A stretch of 63,884 nucleotides of DNA from Xanthobacteraceae bacterium (GCA_040510745.1 JBEVIJ010000075.1:1-63884); one strand, 5' to 3'. Positions 41,206 to 50,476 are shown, numbered from the stretch's first letter. Program-made: numbers and translations. The notes: generated from the letters alone by a model not told the origin.

Positions 41206-42225
41206 TCAGGCGGAGCGCGCCTCGCGGAACGACACCAGGCGGCGCCGCGCCTCGTCCCACAGCACCAGCCGCACGCTGCGCAGGCTCTGCAGCAGCGTCA
41301 GGCGGTTCATGCGGGACAGGTCGGGATGATCTCGCAACACGCGCGGCAAGCGATAGTACGGAATGCCGCTGCACAGGTGATGCACATGGTGCACCCCGAT
41401 GTTGGCTGTGAACCAGCGCAGCACCCCGGGCAGCACGTAGTGCGAACTGCCTTGCAGCGCGGCCTCGTGCCGGTCCCATTCCTCGCCGCGCGCCCAGAAC
41501 GTCTCCTCGAACTGGTGCTGCACGTAGAACAGCCAAACGCCGGCGGAGGCAGCCAACAGCGTGATCGGCAGGTGCACCAAAAGGAACGTGCCGATGCCGA
41601 CGAACCAGATCAGCACACCGGCGATCACCGCGATCGCCAGGTTTGTCAGCATGGCGCTCGCCCAGCTTTGCCAGCCGTCTTGGAGGAGCCGCGACGGGAC
41701 ACGGTTCTGCAGGAAAAAGAGATACGCCGGGCCGATGCCGAACATCACCAGCGGGTGGCGGTAGGCGCGATAGCGCAAGCGCCCCCATGCGGGCAACGCG
41801 TTGAACTCGCGCACCGTCAGCGTGTCGATGTCGCCGATGCCGCGCCGGTCGAGGTGGCCGGAGGTGGCGTGGTGGCTGGCGTGCGCGCGGCGCCACGCGT
41901 CGTATGGCGTCAGAGTCAGCACGCCGATAACGCGGCCGACGCCGTCGTTGGCGCGGCGGTTGCGGAAGAACGAGCCGTGTCCGCAATCGTGCTGGATCAT
42001 GAACAGCCGCACCAGGAACGCGGCGCCCGGAACGGCGAGCAGCAGCGACAACTCCCAGTAGCCGAAATGCACCGCGGCCCAGCTCAGCAGCCACAGCCCG
42101 GCGAACGGCAGGAACGTGATGGTGATTTCAAAGGCGCTGCGGGCGTGATTCGGTTGACGATAACGTGCCAGCAGGCGAGTCCAGGCGCGGCCCTGATCGG
42201 GCTCCGGATTGATGACCGATTGCAA
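41206..42225 (-). CDS. fatty acid desaturase
   Basis: three His boxes QHDCGH, HASHH, HHVHH; start uncertain (TTG 42225 assumed). Confidence 0.92.
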   Translation of the reverse strand: MQSVINPEPDQGRAWTRLLARYRQPNHARSAFEITITFLPFAGLWLLSWAAVHFGYWELSLLLAVPGAAFLVRLFMIQHDCGHGSFFRNRRANDGVGRVIGVLTLTPYDAWRRAHASHHATSGHLDRRGIGDIDTLTVREFNALPAWGRLRYRAYRHPLVMFGIGPAYLFFLQNRVPSRLLQDGWQSWASAMLTNLAIAVIAGVLIWFVGIGTFLLVHLPITLLAASAGVWLFYVQHQFEETFWARGEEWDRHEAALQGSSHYVLPGVLRWFTANIGVHHVHHLCSGIPYYRLPRVLRDHPDLSRMNRLTLLQSLRSVRLVLWDEARRRLVSFREARSA

Positions 42226-42244
42226 CGGTGCGAAGCCTCTTTGT

Positions 42245-42484
42245 TCAAATCTTGGAGACAAGCGAAGGGGCCGGCTTCTTCTTCAGGCGGAAGAGCTGGT
42301 AGCCCTGATCGGCGATGGCCTTCTCGATCGCGGCGCGCTTGAAGTTGTGCGGCGGATCGGCGTCCGGCCGGACCACGCCGATCGGATGCCAGGGGCCATG
42401 TTGTGTGGGCAGCACGCGCGCATCCGAATCGCCAGCGAACGCGGAGAGCGCACCGGATTCCGATTTGAAGATGAAGAGCCGCAT
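42245..42484 (-). CDS. conserved-looking hypothetical protein (79 aa)
   Basis: MRLFIFKSE..LPTQHGPW..PPHNFKRAAIEKAIADQGYQLFR between csp and desaturase. Confidence 0.7.
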   Translation of the reverse strand: MRLFIFKSESGALSAFAGDSDARVLPTQHGPWHPIGVVRPDADPPHNFKRAAIEKAIADQGYQLFRLKKKPAPSLVSKI

Positions 42485-42499
42485 GTGATCCCGATCTGT

Positions 42500-42530
42500 T
42501 TAAAAACCGCCGCCATGACGGCGGCGGTCT
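42500..42530 (-). terminator. terminator after the cold-shock gene
   Basis: minus strand ACCGCCGCC-gtcat-GGCGGCGGT-TTTT. Confidence 0.75.
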
Positions 42531-42544
42531 CGTGCGTCGGATTG

Positions 42545-42754
42545 TCAGGCCATCTCGATCGTGGAGACGGCGATCTTGCCGCTGCGCGGATCGTTCTGAG
42601 TCTCGAACTTCACCTTCTGGCCTTCGCGCAGGCCATTGATGCCGGCGCGCTCCAGAGCGGTGGCGTGAACGAAAACGTCCTTGTCGCCGCCGTCCGGCTG
42701 GATGAAGCCGAAGCCTTTTTGGTCGTTGTAGAACTTCACGGTGCCCGTGTTCAT
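42545..42754 (-). CDS. cspA: cold-shock protein
   Basis: GTVKFYNDQKGFGFIQP, DVFVHA (RNP1/RNP2). Confidence 0.95.
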   Translation of the reverse strand: MNTGTVKFYNDQKGFGFIQPDGGDKDVFVHATALERAGINGLREGQKVKFETQNDPRSGKIAVSTIEMA

Positions 42755-42910
42755 TGAAATAGTCCTTTCACTAACGGTGTGCACGAGGGAGATGGCGCAC
42801 GAGCATCGTGGCCACGTCCCAGTTCGTCGATTTGGTAAGAAGTCTGAAACGTGCGCGCCGTCAGTGACGAGGCGAAGCGGCCCAGTTGTCCGGCCTAAAT
42901 CGATGCCACT

Positions 42911-42939
42911 ACATAGCCTCTATGTGGATCAATTACAAG
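42911..42939 (-). promoter_or_regulatory. sigma70 promoter of csp (implies approx. 150-nt 5' UTR)
   Basis: CTTGTA-N17-CTATGT versus rhizobial consensus CTTGAC-N17-CTATAT. Confidence 0.55.
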
Positions 42940-42989
42940 GTAAAGCGCGAATTCGCACGTAATGAGTGGGCTTTTAACCGTCTCGTCGC

Positions 42990-43448
42990 TCAATACACCC
43001 GATGCAAATCGACCGGCGCCGACGCCGGGCCGCGCGTCTCCGGCTGTGGCCCTGCCGACGCCATCGCGTTCATCGCTTCCTGTTTCAACTTGAGCGGCCG
43101 CTGAGTGACGCTCGATTGAGCGACGCGCGATCCCGGCTTGAGGTGCCCATAGGCGAGTTTTTCCGTTATCGGAGGCAACGGGGCCAGCGGCGGATGAGGC
43201 TTGGCCAAAGCGTCGCGAATCTCGCGCGCGTTAGCGACCACAACGCTCAGTCGCGTCGGCATGCGCATGGTTTCGAGGGAAGATCCCGTCTCGGCAAATG
43301 CGGAGTTTACAATCTCGGCAACCGCCGGGTTTACGATCGCGCGCTCAGCAACAAACGCACCGCCCAGCACGACCCCAGCAGCCAGGACGGCGCTGGCAAC
43401 AAGATGATAAAGTCCCGCGTTGCGCAGGTCGCGCGCGTCCTGTGACAT
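42990..43448 (-). CDS. membrane-anchored hypothetical protein
   Basis: N-terminal TM LVASAVLAAGVVLGGAFVA; preceded by EcfG-type promoter. Confidence 0.6.
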   Translation of the reverse strand: MSQDARDLRNAGLYHLVASAVLAAGVVLGGAFVAERAIVNPAVAEIVNSAFAETGSSLETMRMPTRLSVVVANAREIRDALAKPHPPLAPLPPITEKLAYGHLKPGSRVAQSSVTQRPLKLKQEAMNAMASAGPQPETRGPASAPVDLHRVY

Positions 43449-43489
43449 TCCAAACCCGCCAAATTCGCATTGCCGCCTCTCACACCTGC

Positions 43490-43515
43490 AACGCTGAACG
43501 CGCGTTAATCGTTCC
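43490..43515 (-). promoter_or_regulatory. EcfG/sigmaT-type promoter
   Basis: GGAAC-N17-CGTT. Confidence 0.7.
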
Positions 43516-43540
43516 GCTGCCGAATTGAAATTGCCGCGGG

Positions 43541-43711
43541 TCATTCGCGCGCCGTGAGCGCGGCAACGACGGGATACTCCACCGCGCAGACGATGCACTT
43601 GAACACGTTGAATTGGCGCGCCAGTTCGCGATGCACTTGCTTGAGCACGGTGTCGCCCGCGCAAAGCGGACACGGTGGCGTGATTTTCGAACTCTGCGAT
43701 GCGTCGGACAT
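43541..43711 (-). CDS. 56-aa zinc-ribbon microprotein (not in ORF track)
   Basis: MSDASQSSKITPPCPLCAGDTVLKQVHRELARQFNVFKCIVCAVEYPVVAALTARE; AGGAG RBS. Confidence 0.7.
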   Translation of the reverse strand: MSDASQSSKITPPCPLCAGDTVLKQVHRELARQFNVFKCIVCAVEYPVVAALTARE

Positions 43712-43905
43712 GCGTGATATCTCCTGCTTGCGCAGAACGGCGTCTCCGGCTTGTTCGGGGCGGGTGAGGTGTTGAGGTGTGGAAATAACGCCCCGCCGGG
43801 TTGCGGTGCCGCAAATTTTTCTTAAAAATTTCGGGAACCCGGTGAGCGCGCACTAAACGATTGAGAATACGGAGACATTCGGGCCGACGGGGCAATCCGC
43901 TTTTT

Positions 43906-43921
43906 TGTGATGCAGGTCACA
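43906..43921. promoter_or_regulatory. CRP/FNR-family palindromic box
   Basis: TGTGA-tgcagg-TCACA. Confidence 0.55.
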
Positions 43922-43954
43922 GCGGCCAAGGCGGCCCGAGGGCACATTCACTCA

Positions 43955-44014
43955 CGACTTCCTTCCTCCTGTTCCCTTCCCTGGCCCCGGCATTCCCATG
44001 CTGGGGTTTTTTTT
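43955..44014 (+). ncRNA. candidate small RNA with anti-Shine-Dalgarno tract
   Basis: CTTCCTTCCTCCTGTTCCCTTCCC followed by CCCCGGCAT-tccc-ATGCTGGGG-T8 terminator, with no credible + strand gene upstream; 5' end inferred. Confidence 0.5.
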
Positions 44015-44051
44015 GTGTTTGGGACCGGAAGGTTGACGTGCCGGCGGGCGC

Positions 44052-44420
44052 CTAGTCCTGCGAATACGCCAGCGTCGTCATCAGCGCGATCTCGGCCTTG
44101 CGGGAGTCGAGCCGCGTGTGCTGCACCACGACCGGCTCGTCGGACACGAACAGCGACGCATAGTCGGTGCCACGCGGCACCGGCGGATCGGTGAGATCGT
44201 CGAAGCGGACGTGCCTGGTGCGGCGCGCCGGGACGGTGAGCGCATAGTGCACCGGCTCGCGGTCGGCGAAGAAGATCGTCAGATCGATGTGCGCGTCGCT
44301 CTCGCCGGCGTTGAGGATGCAGGCGGTTTCGTGCGAGGCGAGCGCACGGTCGGTAAAGCCGTCGCCCTGCGGAATCCAGCCTTCGGCGATGGCCCAGACC
44401 CGCTTGCCGATGGCCGCCAT
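44052..44420 (-). CDS. sensory rhodopsin transducer (ASRT) family protein
   Basis: IGKRVWAIAEGWIP, SHETACILN, VPARRTRHVRF, PVVVQHTRLDSR. Confidence 0.85.
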   Translation of the reverse strand: MAAIGKRVWAIAEGWIPQGDGFTDRALASHETACILNAGESDAHIDLTIFFADREPVHYALTVPARRTRHVRFDDLTDPPVPRGTDYASLFVSDEPVVVQHTRLDSRKAEIALMTTLAYSQD

Positions 44421-44481
44421 CGTTAACCCTCTACAACGCTGAATGAATTCGCCCAATCCCGGTAGGCACACCGTCGGAAAT

Positions 44482-44507
44482 GGAACGCAAAACCGCCCCG
44501 CTGTGTT
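44482..44507 (+). promoter_or_regulatory. EcfG/sigmaT-type promoter of ku-ligD-SDR
   Basis: GGAAC-N17-TGTT, 40 bp upstream of the ku ATG. Confidence 0.6.
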
Positions 44508-44547
44508 ACCTTCGATGCAGTAACAGACACGTGTTGGGGTGAGTTCC

Positions 44548-45432
44548 ATGGCGCCGCGTCCGAACTGGAAGGGTTACCTGAAGCTATCGTTGGTTTCGTG
44601 CTCGGTCGCGCTCTATTCGGCGACCACCACCAGCGAGCGCATCCGCTTCAACATCCTCAATAAGAAAACCGGCAACCGGGTTCGCAACCTGGTGATCGAC
44701 AGCGAGACCGAGGAGCCGGTCGAGCAGGAGGATCGCGTCAAGGGCTACCAGTTCGAGAAGGGACAATACGTCCGGGTCGAGGACGACGAACTGGACGAGG
44801 TGGCGCTGGAGAGCACCCACACCATCGACATCGAGTCGTTCGTGCCGCGCAAGGAGGTCGACGAGATCTATCTCGACGAGTCCTACTACATCGCGCCGAC
44901 CGACAAGGTTGCCTACGAAGCCTTCGCAGTGATCCGCGACGCCATGGCGAAAGAGGATCTGGTCGGGCTCGCCCGGGTGGTGCTGTACCGCCGCGAGCGC
45001 ATTCTCATGCTGACGCCGCGCGGCAAGGGATTGATGGCGACCGCGCTGCGCTACAATTCCGAGGTCCGCGCCGAGGACAGCTACTTCGACGAGATTCCGT
45101 CGGTGAAGGTGCCGGCCGACATGCTCGAGCTTGCGACGCACATCCTCAAGAGTAAAAAGGCGAAGTTCGATCCGGACAAGTTCGAAGACCGCTACGAGAG
45201 TGCGCTGTCCGCGCTGATCCGCGCCAAGCAGGCCGGCAAGCCGGCGCCGAAGGCCTCCGAGCCGAAACCGAGCAACGTCGTCAACCTGATGGACGCGCTG
45301 CGCAAGAGCGTCAGCGCCGAGAAGGGCGGCAAGAGCGCGTCGTCCCGCTCGACCCGCGCGGGCCACGGCCGCACCACGCACGCGCGCAAGCGCGCCGCCT
45401 CGTCGCGCTCGAAGGTGAAGCGCGCCGGCTGA
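44548..45432 (+). CDS. ku: non-homologous end joining protein Ku
   Basis: MAPRPNWKGYLKLSLV, VKGYQFEKG, FEDRYE, NVVNLMDALRKS, basic tail. Confidence 0.96.
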   Translation: MAPRPNWKGYLKLSLVSCSVALYSATTTSERIRFNILNKKTGNRVRNLVIDSETEEPVEQEDRVKGYQFEKGQYVRVEDDELDEVALESTHTIDIESFVPRKEVDEIYLDESYYIAPTDKVAYEAFAVIRDAMAKEDLVGLARVVLYRRERILMLTPRGKGLMATALRYNSEVRAEDSYFDEIPSVKVPADMLELATHILKSKKAKFDPDKFEDRYESALSALIRAKQAGKPAPKASEPKPSNVVNLMDALRKSVSAEKGGKSASSRSTRAGHGRTTHARKRAASSRSKVKRAG

Positions 45433-45451
45433 TCGTTAAGGATCGACGCTT

Positions 45452-48112
45452 GTGGCGAAGCTGAAGACCTACCGCGCCAAGCGCGACTTCAAAAAAACCT
45501 CGGAGCCGCGCGGCGCGGCAGGCCGCAATAAAAGCGGCAAGTCCGGCGGTCAATACGTCATCCAGAAGCACGACGCGACTCGGCTGCACTACGACCTGCG
45601 GCTCGAGCTTGGCGGCGTCATGCTGAGCTGGGCGGTCACGCGGGGCCCGAGCCTGGTGCCGGACGACAAGCGGCTCGCCATCCACGTCGAGGACCACCCG
45701 ATCGAATACAACACCTTCGAGGGCACCATCCCGAAGGGCCAGTACGGCGGCGGCACCGTGATGATCTGGGATCGCGGCACCTGGACCCCGGAGATCGAAC
45801 CCGAATTCGGCATGAAGAAGGGCCATCTCGAATTCACCCTGCACGGCAAGAAGCTGAAAGGCCGCTGGCATCTGGTGCGTATGAACAAGCGGCCCGGCGA
45901 GCGGCAGCAGCCGTGGCTGCTGATCAAGGGCGAGGACGAATACGCGCGCACCAAATCCCAACCCGATATTCTGGAAGAGATGGCGGACTCGGCGGCGTCG
46001 CGCCGGTCGATGGATCAGATCGCCGAAGGCCGCAGCCGGGTGTGGCATTCCAACAAGCCGGCCAGCGAGCAATCGCCGAAACGCGTCGCGCCGAAGAAGA
46101 AGCCGGCGCGAGTGGCTGCGCGTGAGAAGCGGGCGAAGGCCACGACCGCGGGCGACAAGACCGCAAAGAAGGAGACATCCTCCGGCTCGCTGCGCCAAGT
46201 CGGACGCCTGTCCGGCGCGCGGCGCTCCGCGCTGCCGACCTTTGTGAGCCCCAGCCTCGCCACGCTCGCCACCAGCGCGCCACGCTCGCCGGACTTCGTC
46301 CACGAAATCAAGTTCGACGGCTACCGCATTCAGGCGCGGATCGGCGGCGGCAAAGTCGAGCTGCGCACCCGCACCGGGCTCGACTGGACTAAAAAATTTA
46401 CGACGATTGAGCAAGCGCTGATGGCGCTGAAACGCCATGACGCGGTGCTTGACGGCGAGATTGTATCGGGCGACGCGCATGGCGTGTCCGATTTCTCGGC
46501 GCTGCAGGACGATCTCAAGAGCGGCCGGCGCGATCGGCTGGTGTATTACGCGTTCGACCTGCTGCATCTCGACGGCTACGACCTGACCCGGGCAACGCTG
46601 CTCGACCGCAAGGCCACGCTGCAGGAACTGCTCGCCAAGCTGCCGAAGGACGGCCTCGTGCGGCTTTCCGAGCATTTCGAGACCGAAGGCTCGACGATGC
46701 TTGAGTCGGCTCGCAACATGAAGCTCGAAGGCATCATTTCGAAGCGCCGGGAGTCGCATTATCGCGCCGGCCGCGTCGGCGACTGGCTCAAGATCAAAGT
46801 CTCGAACAGCCAGGAGCTGGTGGTGGCGGGCTATGCGCCGTCTGACGTCAGCCCGAAGCGGATGGCCGCGCTGGTGCTCGGCTATTACGACAAGCTCGGC
46901 TTCACCTACGCGGGCCGCGTCGGCACCGGCTTCACCGACAAGATGCGCGACGACTTCTGGAAGCGCCTGCAGCCGCTGCGCATCGACCGCTGCCCGTTCG
47001 GCCCCGTGCCGGAGGAAGAGCGGACCCGAGCCGTGCATTGGGTCAAGCCGCAGATGGTGGTCGAGGTGGATTTCCGCGGCTGGACCGGCTCGGGCTACGT
47101 GCGGCAGGCGTCGTTCAAGGGCATCCGCGAGGACAAGCCGGCGAAGCAAGTGACCCGCGAGGTCGAGATTGCGACCACGAAAATCAAGCAAGCGGCGGCC
47201 CGTCAGCCGGTCGCGAAGAAGACGACGGCGGCGAAGGGCAAGAAGGCGGTGACGGTCGCCGGCGTGCCGCTCACGCATCCGGACAGGGTTTACTGGGAGG
47301 ACGCCGGCGTCACCAAGGAAATGCTGGCCGAATATTACGAGACGGTCTGGGACAGCATGAAACCGCACGTCGCCGGCCGTGTGCTTTCGCTGGTGCGGGC
47401 GCCTGACGGCGTCGGCGGGCAGACGTTTTATCAGAAGCATGCTTCGGCCGGCATGGATCGCAAGCGGCTGCATCTCGTGAAGGAGCCGGACGGCGAGGAA
47501 TCGATCTCGATCGACGACCTGACCGGGCTGGTGTCGCTGGCGCAGGCCGGCGTGCTGGAAGTCCACGTCCGCGGCTCGACCATCGAGCATCTCGAAGCGG
47601 CGAACCGCCTGGTATTCGATCTCGATCCCGGCCCCGGCGTCGAATGGAGGGACGTCATTGCCGGGGCGCGCGAGGTGAAGCAGCGCCTGGAGGCGTTGAA
47701 GCTCAAGAGCTTCGTCAAGACGACGGGGGGCAAAGGCCTGCACGTCGTGCTGCCGATCCGCCCGGCCCCGTGGGACGACGTCAAGGAGTTCTGCCGCGGC
47801 GTCGCCGAGGGCATGGCCGCCGACAACCGCGCGCGCTACACCGCGACGATAAAAAAATCGGCGCGCGACAGGAAAATTTTTGTCGACTACCTGCGCAACA
47901 GCCGCGAGGCGACCGCGATCGCGCCCTACTCGACCCGCGCGCGGCCGGGCGCCACCGTTGCCGTGCCGCTTTCGTGGGAAGAGCTTGGAACCCAGAAGGC
48001 ACCGAACTTGTTCACCGTGCTGAATCTGTCGAGACGGCTTTCCAGGCAACGCAAGGATCCTTGGGCCGAGATGGCCCGCGTCAAGCAATCGCTGCCGGGC
48101 AAGCGCAAATGA
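45452..48112 (+). CDS. ligD: NHEJ DNA ligase D (phosphoesterase-ligase-polymerase)
   Basis: QKHDATRLHYDLRLE (PE), EIKFDGYR (ligase), FDLDPG and KTTGGKGLHV (polymerase). Confidence 0.96.
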   Translation: MAKLKTYRAKRDFKKTSEPRGAAGRNKSGKSGGQYVIQKHDATRLHYDLRLELGGVMLSWAVTRGPSLVPDDKRLAIHVEDHPIEYNTFEGTIPKGQYGGGTVMIWDRGTWTPEIEPEFGMKKGHLEFTLHGKKLKGRWHLVRMNKRPGERQQPWLLIKGEDEYARTKSQPDILEEMADSAASRRSMDQIAEGRSRVWHSNKPASEQSPKRVAPKKKPARVAAREKRAKATTAGDKTAKKETSSGSLRQVGRLSGARRSALPTFVSPSLATLATSAPRSPDFVHEIKFDGYRIQARIGGGKVELRTRTGLDWTKKFTTIEQALMALKRHDAVLDGEIVSGDAHGVSDFSALQDDLKSGRRDRLVYYAFDLLHLDGYDLTRATLLDRKATLQELLAKLPKDGLVRLSEHFETEGSTMLESARNMKLEGIISKRRESHYRAGRVGDWLKIKVSNSQELVVAGYAPSDVSPKRMAALVLGYYDKLGFTYAGRVGTGFTDKMRDDFWKRLQPLRIDRCPFGPVPEEERTRAVHWVKPQMVVEVDFRGWTGSGYVRQASFKGIREDKPAKQVTREVEIATTKIKQAAARQPVAKKTTAAKGKKAVTVAGVPLTHPDRVYWEDAGVTKEMLAEYYETVWDSMKPHVAGRVLSLVRAPDGVGGQTFYQKHASAGMDRKRLHLVKEPDGEESISIDDLTGLVSLAQAGVLEVHVRGSTIEHLEAANRLVFDLDPGPGVEWRDVIAGAREVKQRLEALKLKSFVKTTGGKGLHVVLPIRPAPWDDVKEFCRGVAEGMAADNRARYTATIKKSARDRKIFVDYLRNSREATAIAPYSTRARPGATVAVPLSWEELGTQKAPNLFTVLNLSRRLSRQRKDPWAEMARVKQSLPGKRK

Positions 48113-48124
48113 CCCAGGTGAGCC

Positions 48125-48967
48125 ATGCCGCAGCCCCCGCAGAAACAAACCCGGCAACCGGGTCGCGAATACAAGATGCATCCGTTGCCGGAGTACCTCC
48201 CGAAATCGCAGGGCGCGGGACGGCTTGAGGGAAAGGTCGCACTGATCACTGGAGGCGACAGCGGTATCGGCCGCGCCACCGCGATCGCCATGGCGCGCGA
48301 GGGCGCGGACATTGCGATCGTCTACCTTGAAGAGCACAAGGACGCCGACGAGACGATCGAGTTGATCGAAAACGAAGGCCGCGACGCCATCAAGATCGCG
48401 GGCGATGTGGGTGACGAGGCGTTCTGCAAGCGCTGCGTCGGGCAGACAGTGAAAGAGTTCGGGCGGCTCGACGTTCTGGTGAACAACGCGGCCGAGCAGC
48501 ACGAGGTAGAGAGCCTCACCGAGCTCACCGAAAAGCAGCTCACCAAAACATTCCGCACCAACATCTTCAGCTTCTTTTTCATGGCCAAGCACGCGCTCAA
48601 GCACATGAAAAAGGGCGCCTCGATCATCAACACCGCCTCGATCACCGCCTATCGGGGCCACAAGACGCTGCTGGATTATTCGGCGACCAAGGGCGCAATC
48701 GTAACCTTCACCCGTTCGCTGTCGGAATCGCTGGTCAAGAAGGGCATTCGCGTCAACGCGGTGGCGCCGGGACCAATCTGGACGCCGCTCATTCCTGCAT
48801 CGTTCAAGCCAAAGAAAGTGGCGAAGCACGGCTCCAGCGCGCCAATGGAGCGCGCGGGGCAGCCGAACGAGGTGGCGCCCTGCTACGTATTCCTGGCGAG
48901 CGACGATGCGTCCTACATGACCGGGCAGGTGCTACACCCGAATGGCGGCACGGTGGTTAACGGCTAG
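48125..48967 (+). CDS. general-stress SDR oxidoreductase (YdaD/YhdF-like)
   Basis: ITGGDSGIG, NNAAEQ, DYSATKG, VAPGPIWTPLIP. Confidence 0.9.
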   Translation: MPQPPQKQTRQPGREYKMHPLPEYLPKSQGAGRLEGKVALITGGDSGIGRATAIAMAREGADIAIVYLEEHKDADETIELIENEGRDAIKIAGDVGDEAFCKRCVGQTVKEFGRLDVLVNNAAEQHEVESLTELTEKQLTKTFRTNIFSFFFMAKHALKHMKKGASIINTASITAYRGHKTLLDYSATKGAIVTFTRSLSESLVKKGIRVNAVAPGPIWTPLIPASFKPKKVAKHGSSAPMERAGQPNEVAPCYVFLASDDASYMTGQVLHPNGGTVVNG

Positions 48968-49509
48968 GGAGAAAGCGGCGTCGGATTCTCCGCCGGCGGA
49001 TCGATGCCGAACGTCTTGGCCGTCATGCATGTCATCGAGAAATTGCCGACCGTTGCGATGGCGGCCACCAGGTGCTCCTCGCCCAGCGCCTTTTCCGCCG
49101 CGGCGTAGCTGGCGTCGTCGAGGCCCTTGTTGGCGAGCAGCTCGCGCGCCAGCGTAAAACAGGCGCGCTCGCGCGCGTCCGCGATGTTTGGCTCTTTGCG
49201 TGCATTGATCGCGTCGATCGCCGCCTGATCGATACCGACGCCGAGCGAAGCGCGCACCTGCGCGAACCACGGATACTTGGCGCCCCAGTGGCGCGCCACC
49301 GCAAGGTGGATCATCTGCTGCTCGCGGCGAGACAGCGGCCCTGCCGCCAGGGTGCCGCGGAGATTCTGCGACGCCTCGAACAACTTCGGCAGCCGGATGT
49401 AGGCGTAGTACGGCCCGCCCACCGGGCCGTTGGCGGCCTTGGCGGCGTCGTAGACGCGACCCTGTTCGGCGTTCATGTCGGCGCGATCGATCAGCTTGAT
49501 GCGGGCCAT
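48964..49509 (-). CDS. carboxymuconolactone decarboxylase/AhpD-like protein
   Basis: GGPYYAYIRLP, LSRREQQMIHLAVARHWGAKYPW pattern. Confidence 0.75.
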   Translation of the reverse strand: MARIKLIDRADMNAEQGRVYDAAKAANGPVGGPYYAYIRLPKLFEASQNLRGTLAAGPLSRREQQMIHLAVARHWGAKYPWFAQVRASLGVGIDQAAIDAINARKEPNIADARERACFTLARELLANKGLDDASYAAAEKALGEEHLVAAIATVGNFSMTCMTAKTFGIDPPAENPTPLSP

Positions 49510-49587
49510 ATGTTTCTCTCCACCCCGTTGTTTCAGGGGCGTGAGGCTAGCATCGGCACGGCGGTGGCGCGAGCCGGAGTTGACCCG

Positions 49588-49962
49588 CTAGATCTTCAAA
49601 GCCGCGAGGATCTTTTCCAGGTCGTCCTTGGCGAACGGCTTCTGCAGGATCGGCCGTTTGCGATACTGCTCGGGCAAGCCGCGCTCGCCGTAGCCGGTCG
49701 CGAACACGAACGGGATGCCGCGCTCGATCAGCGCGTCGGCGACCGGAAAGACCGCCTGGCCGTTGAGATGCACATCGAGGATAGCGAGGTCGAACTCTTC
49801 GCGCTGCGCGGCGGCGAGCGCCTCGTTGACGCGCGGCACGATCGCCACCACCGTGTGGCCCATGTCGGTCAGCATGTCTTCCAGCAGCATGCCGATCAGC
49901 ATCTCGTCCTCGACGACGAGAACGCGGCGGGATGATGCTGCGTCCGGGGTAGGCCCGCTCAT
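49588..49962 (-). CDS. single-domain response regulator
   Basis: VLVVEDE, AILDVHL, FATGYG, LQKPF. Confidence 0.9.
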   Translation of the reverse strand: MSGPTPDAASSRRVLVVEDEMLIGMLLEDMLTDMGHTVVAIVPRVNEALAAAQREEFDLAILDVHLNGQAVFPVADALIERGIPFVFATGYGERGLPEQYRKRPILQKPFAKDDLEKILAALKI

Positions 49963-50217
49963 TATAGGTCGCTCTTCTGTGGGGGCGCTCGATTGGGCGC
50001 ATGGCAATCTTGCCGATCCGGCGGCACCGGACAAGCGGCTGTCTATTGCATTCACGATGATGAACGTAGGCTGAAAACGCGGGGTCGTCCCGAAAGCATG
50101 GCTGGGGCAGCGGGAATCGGTAGCGGCTGACGTCGGGGAAGGCTACGGGCCGAAACCGACCCTTAGTTGTGTCAAATGACACAATTACTCGGAGCGAGGG
50201 CCGCCGGGCTCAATATT

Positions 50218-50469
50218 TCAAGGCTCGTCCCGCGCGGTCCGCTCGCCGCGTGCAGGCTGCTCCATGCTGTCGGGCTGCCGCGACAATTCGCTGCGGGCGT
50301 CGTCGCCGCTGCCGCGGCGTGGCGGCTGCTCATAAGTTTCGAGCGCGGCTTCTTCTTTCGTATTCGAGCGCGTGGCCCCGCGGCGGTCGACCGGCGCACG
50401 AGGGGCCGGCGTTGTTGCGCTGTCTTCGATGACGGCATCTTTGGCAGGCTTTCGGCTTTTGGGTTCCAT
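50218..50469 (-). CDS. hydrophilic, probably disordered 83-aa protein
   Basis: ATG immediately downstream of an EcfG-type promoter; charged low-complexity sequence. Confidence 0.5.
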   Translation of the reverse strand: MEPKSRKPAKDAVIEDSATTPAPRAPVDRRGATRSNTKEEAALETYEQPPRRGSGDDARSELSRQPDSMEQPARGERTARDEP

Positions 50470-50476
50470 ACAACGC

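Noticed and set aside
43787-43810. GGCAC-N15-CGTT as an EcfG promoter for the third zinc-ribbon gene
   Set aside because: Mismatch in -35 and spacing too short
45311-48829. 1172-aa minus-strand ORF
   Set aside because: Antisense shadow of ligD/SDR caused by high-GC codon bias; no recognisable motifs
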